DNA of 64,000 bases, taken from contig NC_083416.1 in NCBI RefSeq assembly GCF_020745735.1, positions 51,733,131-51,797,130 of the forward strand, in the 5' to 3' direction. This DNA is from Hemiscyllium ocellatum. Lineage: Eukaryota. The translations under genes were made by a program, and so were the position numbers. Below are positions 61,501 to 64,000 of this stretch, piece after piece. How positions within the stretch are numbered: position 1 is the stretch's first letter; every line of letters begins with the position of its first letter. Below the pieces are notes generated by a model. The model had not been told where the DNA came from, did no database searches, and saw only the letters and a list, made by a program, of their open reading frames with translations.

Positions 61501-61707
61501 GATGGGGGATACCTCATTGACCATTAGAAGCAGTGCTCATTCTAAACCAACACAAGCTTTTATAGCTCTTAGACAACAAGTTTCCTCATGTTTCTTATGG
61601 AGAAACTAACGGCACCCAACAAAAATGAGCTAGAAGATACAATGTCAAAACTCTTCTGTCAACAAGCCCCCAAAAAAGGAGCAGGGAACCAATATAATTT
61701 TTTATAA

Positions 61708-62030
61708 GAGTCCCTACAGTGTGGAAACAGGTCCTTTGGTCCAACAAGTCCACACTGACCCTCCAAAGGAGTAACCTACCCAGATCCATTCCCCGAACCT
61801 ATATTTACCCCTCATTAATAACCTAAACTATGGGCAATTTAGCATGGCCAATTCACTTAACTTGCATATCTTTGGATTGTGGGAGGAAACCAGAGCACCC
61901 AGAGGAAACCCATGCAGACACAGGGAGAATGTGCAAATTCCACACAGACAGTTGCCTGAGGCTGGAATCAAACCCAGGTCCCTGGCTCTGTGAGGCAGCA
62001 GTGCTGACCACTGAGCCGCCATGCCACCCC
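61708..62030 (-). mobile_element. HE1-type V-SINE
   Basis: Same organisation as 8442-8749. Confidence 0.9.
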
Positions 62031-63907
62031 TATGCTGCTGCATGCTGCTGCTTTAAATTTTAAGTTAGTATCTGAGCAGCTGTGGTTGATCCACCTCTAT
62101 TTTAATCTGCTTGCCATGTTCATTGAGGAACAGCACATTCTGTTTTAAATTGCTCCCTGATGTGGAATTCATCAGGTGGACAGAATAATGATCAATCTCT
62201 TAAAATATTTGTCAATGATTTAAAGACAATGAATCACAGTGCGATCTGTGGGATGTGAGCTTGTGACATAAACTATTATTCACTTATTGAAGCTGGCCAA
62301 AAATATTGTGTTTTGAAAAATTATTTGGGTGACATTAACATCACTGGTAATGCCAGCATGTGTTGGCCCATCCCTAAATGTCCTTCAGTGGGCTGTCTTT
62401 TTGTACCACTACAGTCCATCTTGTTCATGGACACCCACAATGTTGTTAGGTAGAGAATTTCTGGATTTTGATCCAGTGACAGTGAAGAAATGGCAATGTA
62501 GTTCCAATTTAGGATAGTGTTTGACTTCAAAGGGACTTTACAGAAGGTGATTTTTTCTGTCTGCTCTCCTTGTCCCTCCAGGAAATCGAGTCACAGATTT
62601 GGAAAGTGCTGCTGAGACAGAGTTAGTGAGCTGCTGCGCTCCATCTGACAGAACGTACCTACTCTTGCAAGAACAACATCAGTCCTGGAGGAAGTGAATG
62701 AATAAGGTTGCTGATCAAGTAGATTGCATTCTCCTGATGGCGTTAAGCTTTTGGAGTAATTTTAGAGGTGCAGTCATCCAGATTTCACCATGCTCCTGGC
62801 TTATGGTAGACAGGCTTTGGGGTGTAAGGAATTGAGTTACACAATTCTTAGACTATGACCTGTCTTTGTAGCCATAGTATTTATATAGCTGTTGCAGTTA
62901 AGATTGGGTGAATAGTAACCTCCAGGATATTGATTGGAAATTTGTGAATGGTGACATGTGAACTAAAGGTGCATATTTATTTCCTGTAAGGTTATTCCTC
63001 CACCATAGAGAGTCTTAGCTTTTAACTTGTGATATATGCTGCAAAGCTGAATTATTTGACAATAGAAAGTTTTAAGGCTCCATACCTAATATGGTGTATA
63101 TTAAACCATATTATAAAACAGTTAAATGAATTAAAATTAACCTTTGACTTTTTCATGCATTACAAGGAAATGCATAGGTAAACTAGCTGAATGAGGTGCC
63201 AATGTTTTTAGAATGGGATTATAAAATCACAAAATTGACATAATTATAACTAAAGTACATTTGAAATATAGATTTCCTTGATATAAAGACCACAATGATA
63301 ATGTGTATTTCTCAAACACTGCCAAGTCAGATATTTCAATACATCTTAAGAAGATTCTGATGGAATCACTAGAACTCTATCAATGCAGAACAAAAGGACA
63401 GTTACTTTGATTTAAAGCTCACAGTGTTGTGTCTGAGAAATATCTTTTAATCATTAAGTTAGAGAAAAAAAAAATCTACTTTTTCTGTTCAAACCAACTA
63501 TTTTTATTTTCTTATTTATTGTCAAGTACTGGCCAGTCCAGTCAACAATCCCACATCATTGCAAACAATTGCTGGAACTCTGCATATGCCATAAAGAAAT
63601 CTTAAAATGTCATGGGGCAAGCTTTTTTATAAAACTGGCAGAGGCAGTTACATTTCTGAACTTCATCAACATACTCTGGTATGCATAATCACACAAACTT
63701 GCATTTTTGCGGTTTAAACAGAAAAACATTCAGAAGTTGCCATATAATGTGTCAACTCAACAATCATGAAAATATTCCCAAGTGGCAAGGTGCCTTCTGG
63801 AAGGGATTGGAGTGAATGTAGTTATGAATGTAATTTTTTTTCAGTGATGGCATCATCAATCTTTGCTTGGAAAGTGCTATGGCTATTAATTTCTATCGTG
63901 CTATTTT

Positions 63908-64000
63908 AGAGTCATAGAGCTGTACAGTATGGAAACAGATCCCTGTATCCAACTTGTCCATGCCAACCAGCTATCCTACATAAATCTCATCTCATTTGCC
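63908..64000 (-). mobile_element. CR1/HER1 3' end running off the window
   Basis: agagtcatagag tail followed by the 3' UTR. Confidence 0.85.

Noticed and set aside
1-64000. CRISPR array, rRNA or prokaryotic operon features
   Set aside because: No regularly spaced repeats or rRNA motifs; the sequence is intron-containing vertebrate DNA.

Overview
Eukaryotic, repeat-rich vertebrate DNA. HE1-type V-SINEs, HER1/CR1 LINEs and Deu-type SINEs point to an elasmobranch (shark/ray) genome (inference). The only host gene I can support is slc25a48 (mitochondrial carrier) on the minus strand. Coding exons 1-5 are at 18733-18685, 18011-17968, 17816-17745, 17640-17385 and 7047-6778, all GT-AG and phase-consistent. 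I did not find the remaining exons, which probably lie left of the window. A CpG-rich island covers the promoter and exons 1-4. The rest is intronic or upstream sequence dense with transposon relics: CR1 LINEs (one near full length), RTE, Gypsy, Tigger, Harbinger-like elements and SINEs. The most striking feature is a set of Penelope-like elements (PLEs) whose 3' ends carry minimal type I hammerhead ribozyme motifs (CTGAnGA-A-stemII-GAAACGTC). They occur in four forms: (i) a very young 1.83-kb fold-back insertion with 849-bp near-perfect arms and a 15-bp TSD; (ii) older fold-backs; (iii) several 100-200 bp modules, mostly TSD-flanked, that begin at the ribozyme; (iv) a head-to-head ribozyme pair split by a 3.9-kb CR1 inserted in stem-loop II. 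There is also a chimera of a tRNA-Lys(CTT) copy and an HE1 SINE body. All alignments were done by eye, so boundaries of decayed repeats are approximate.
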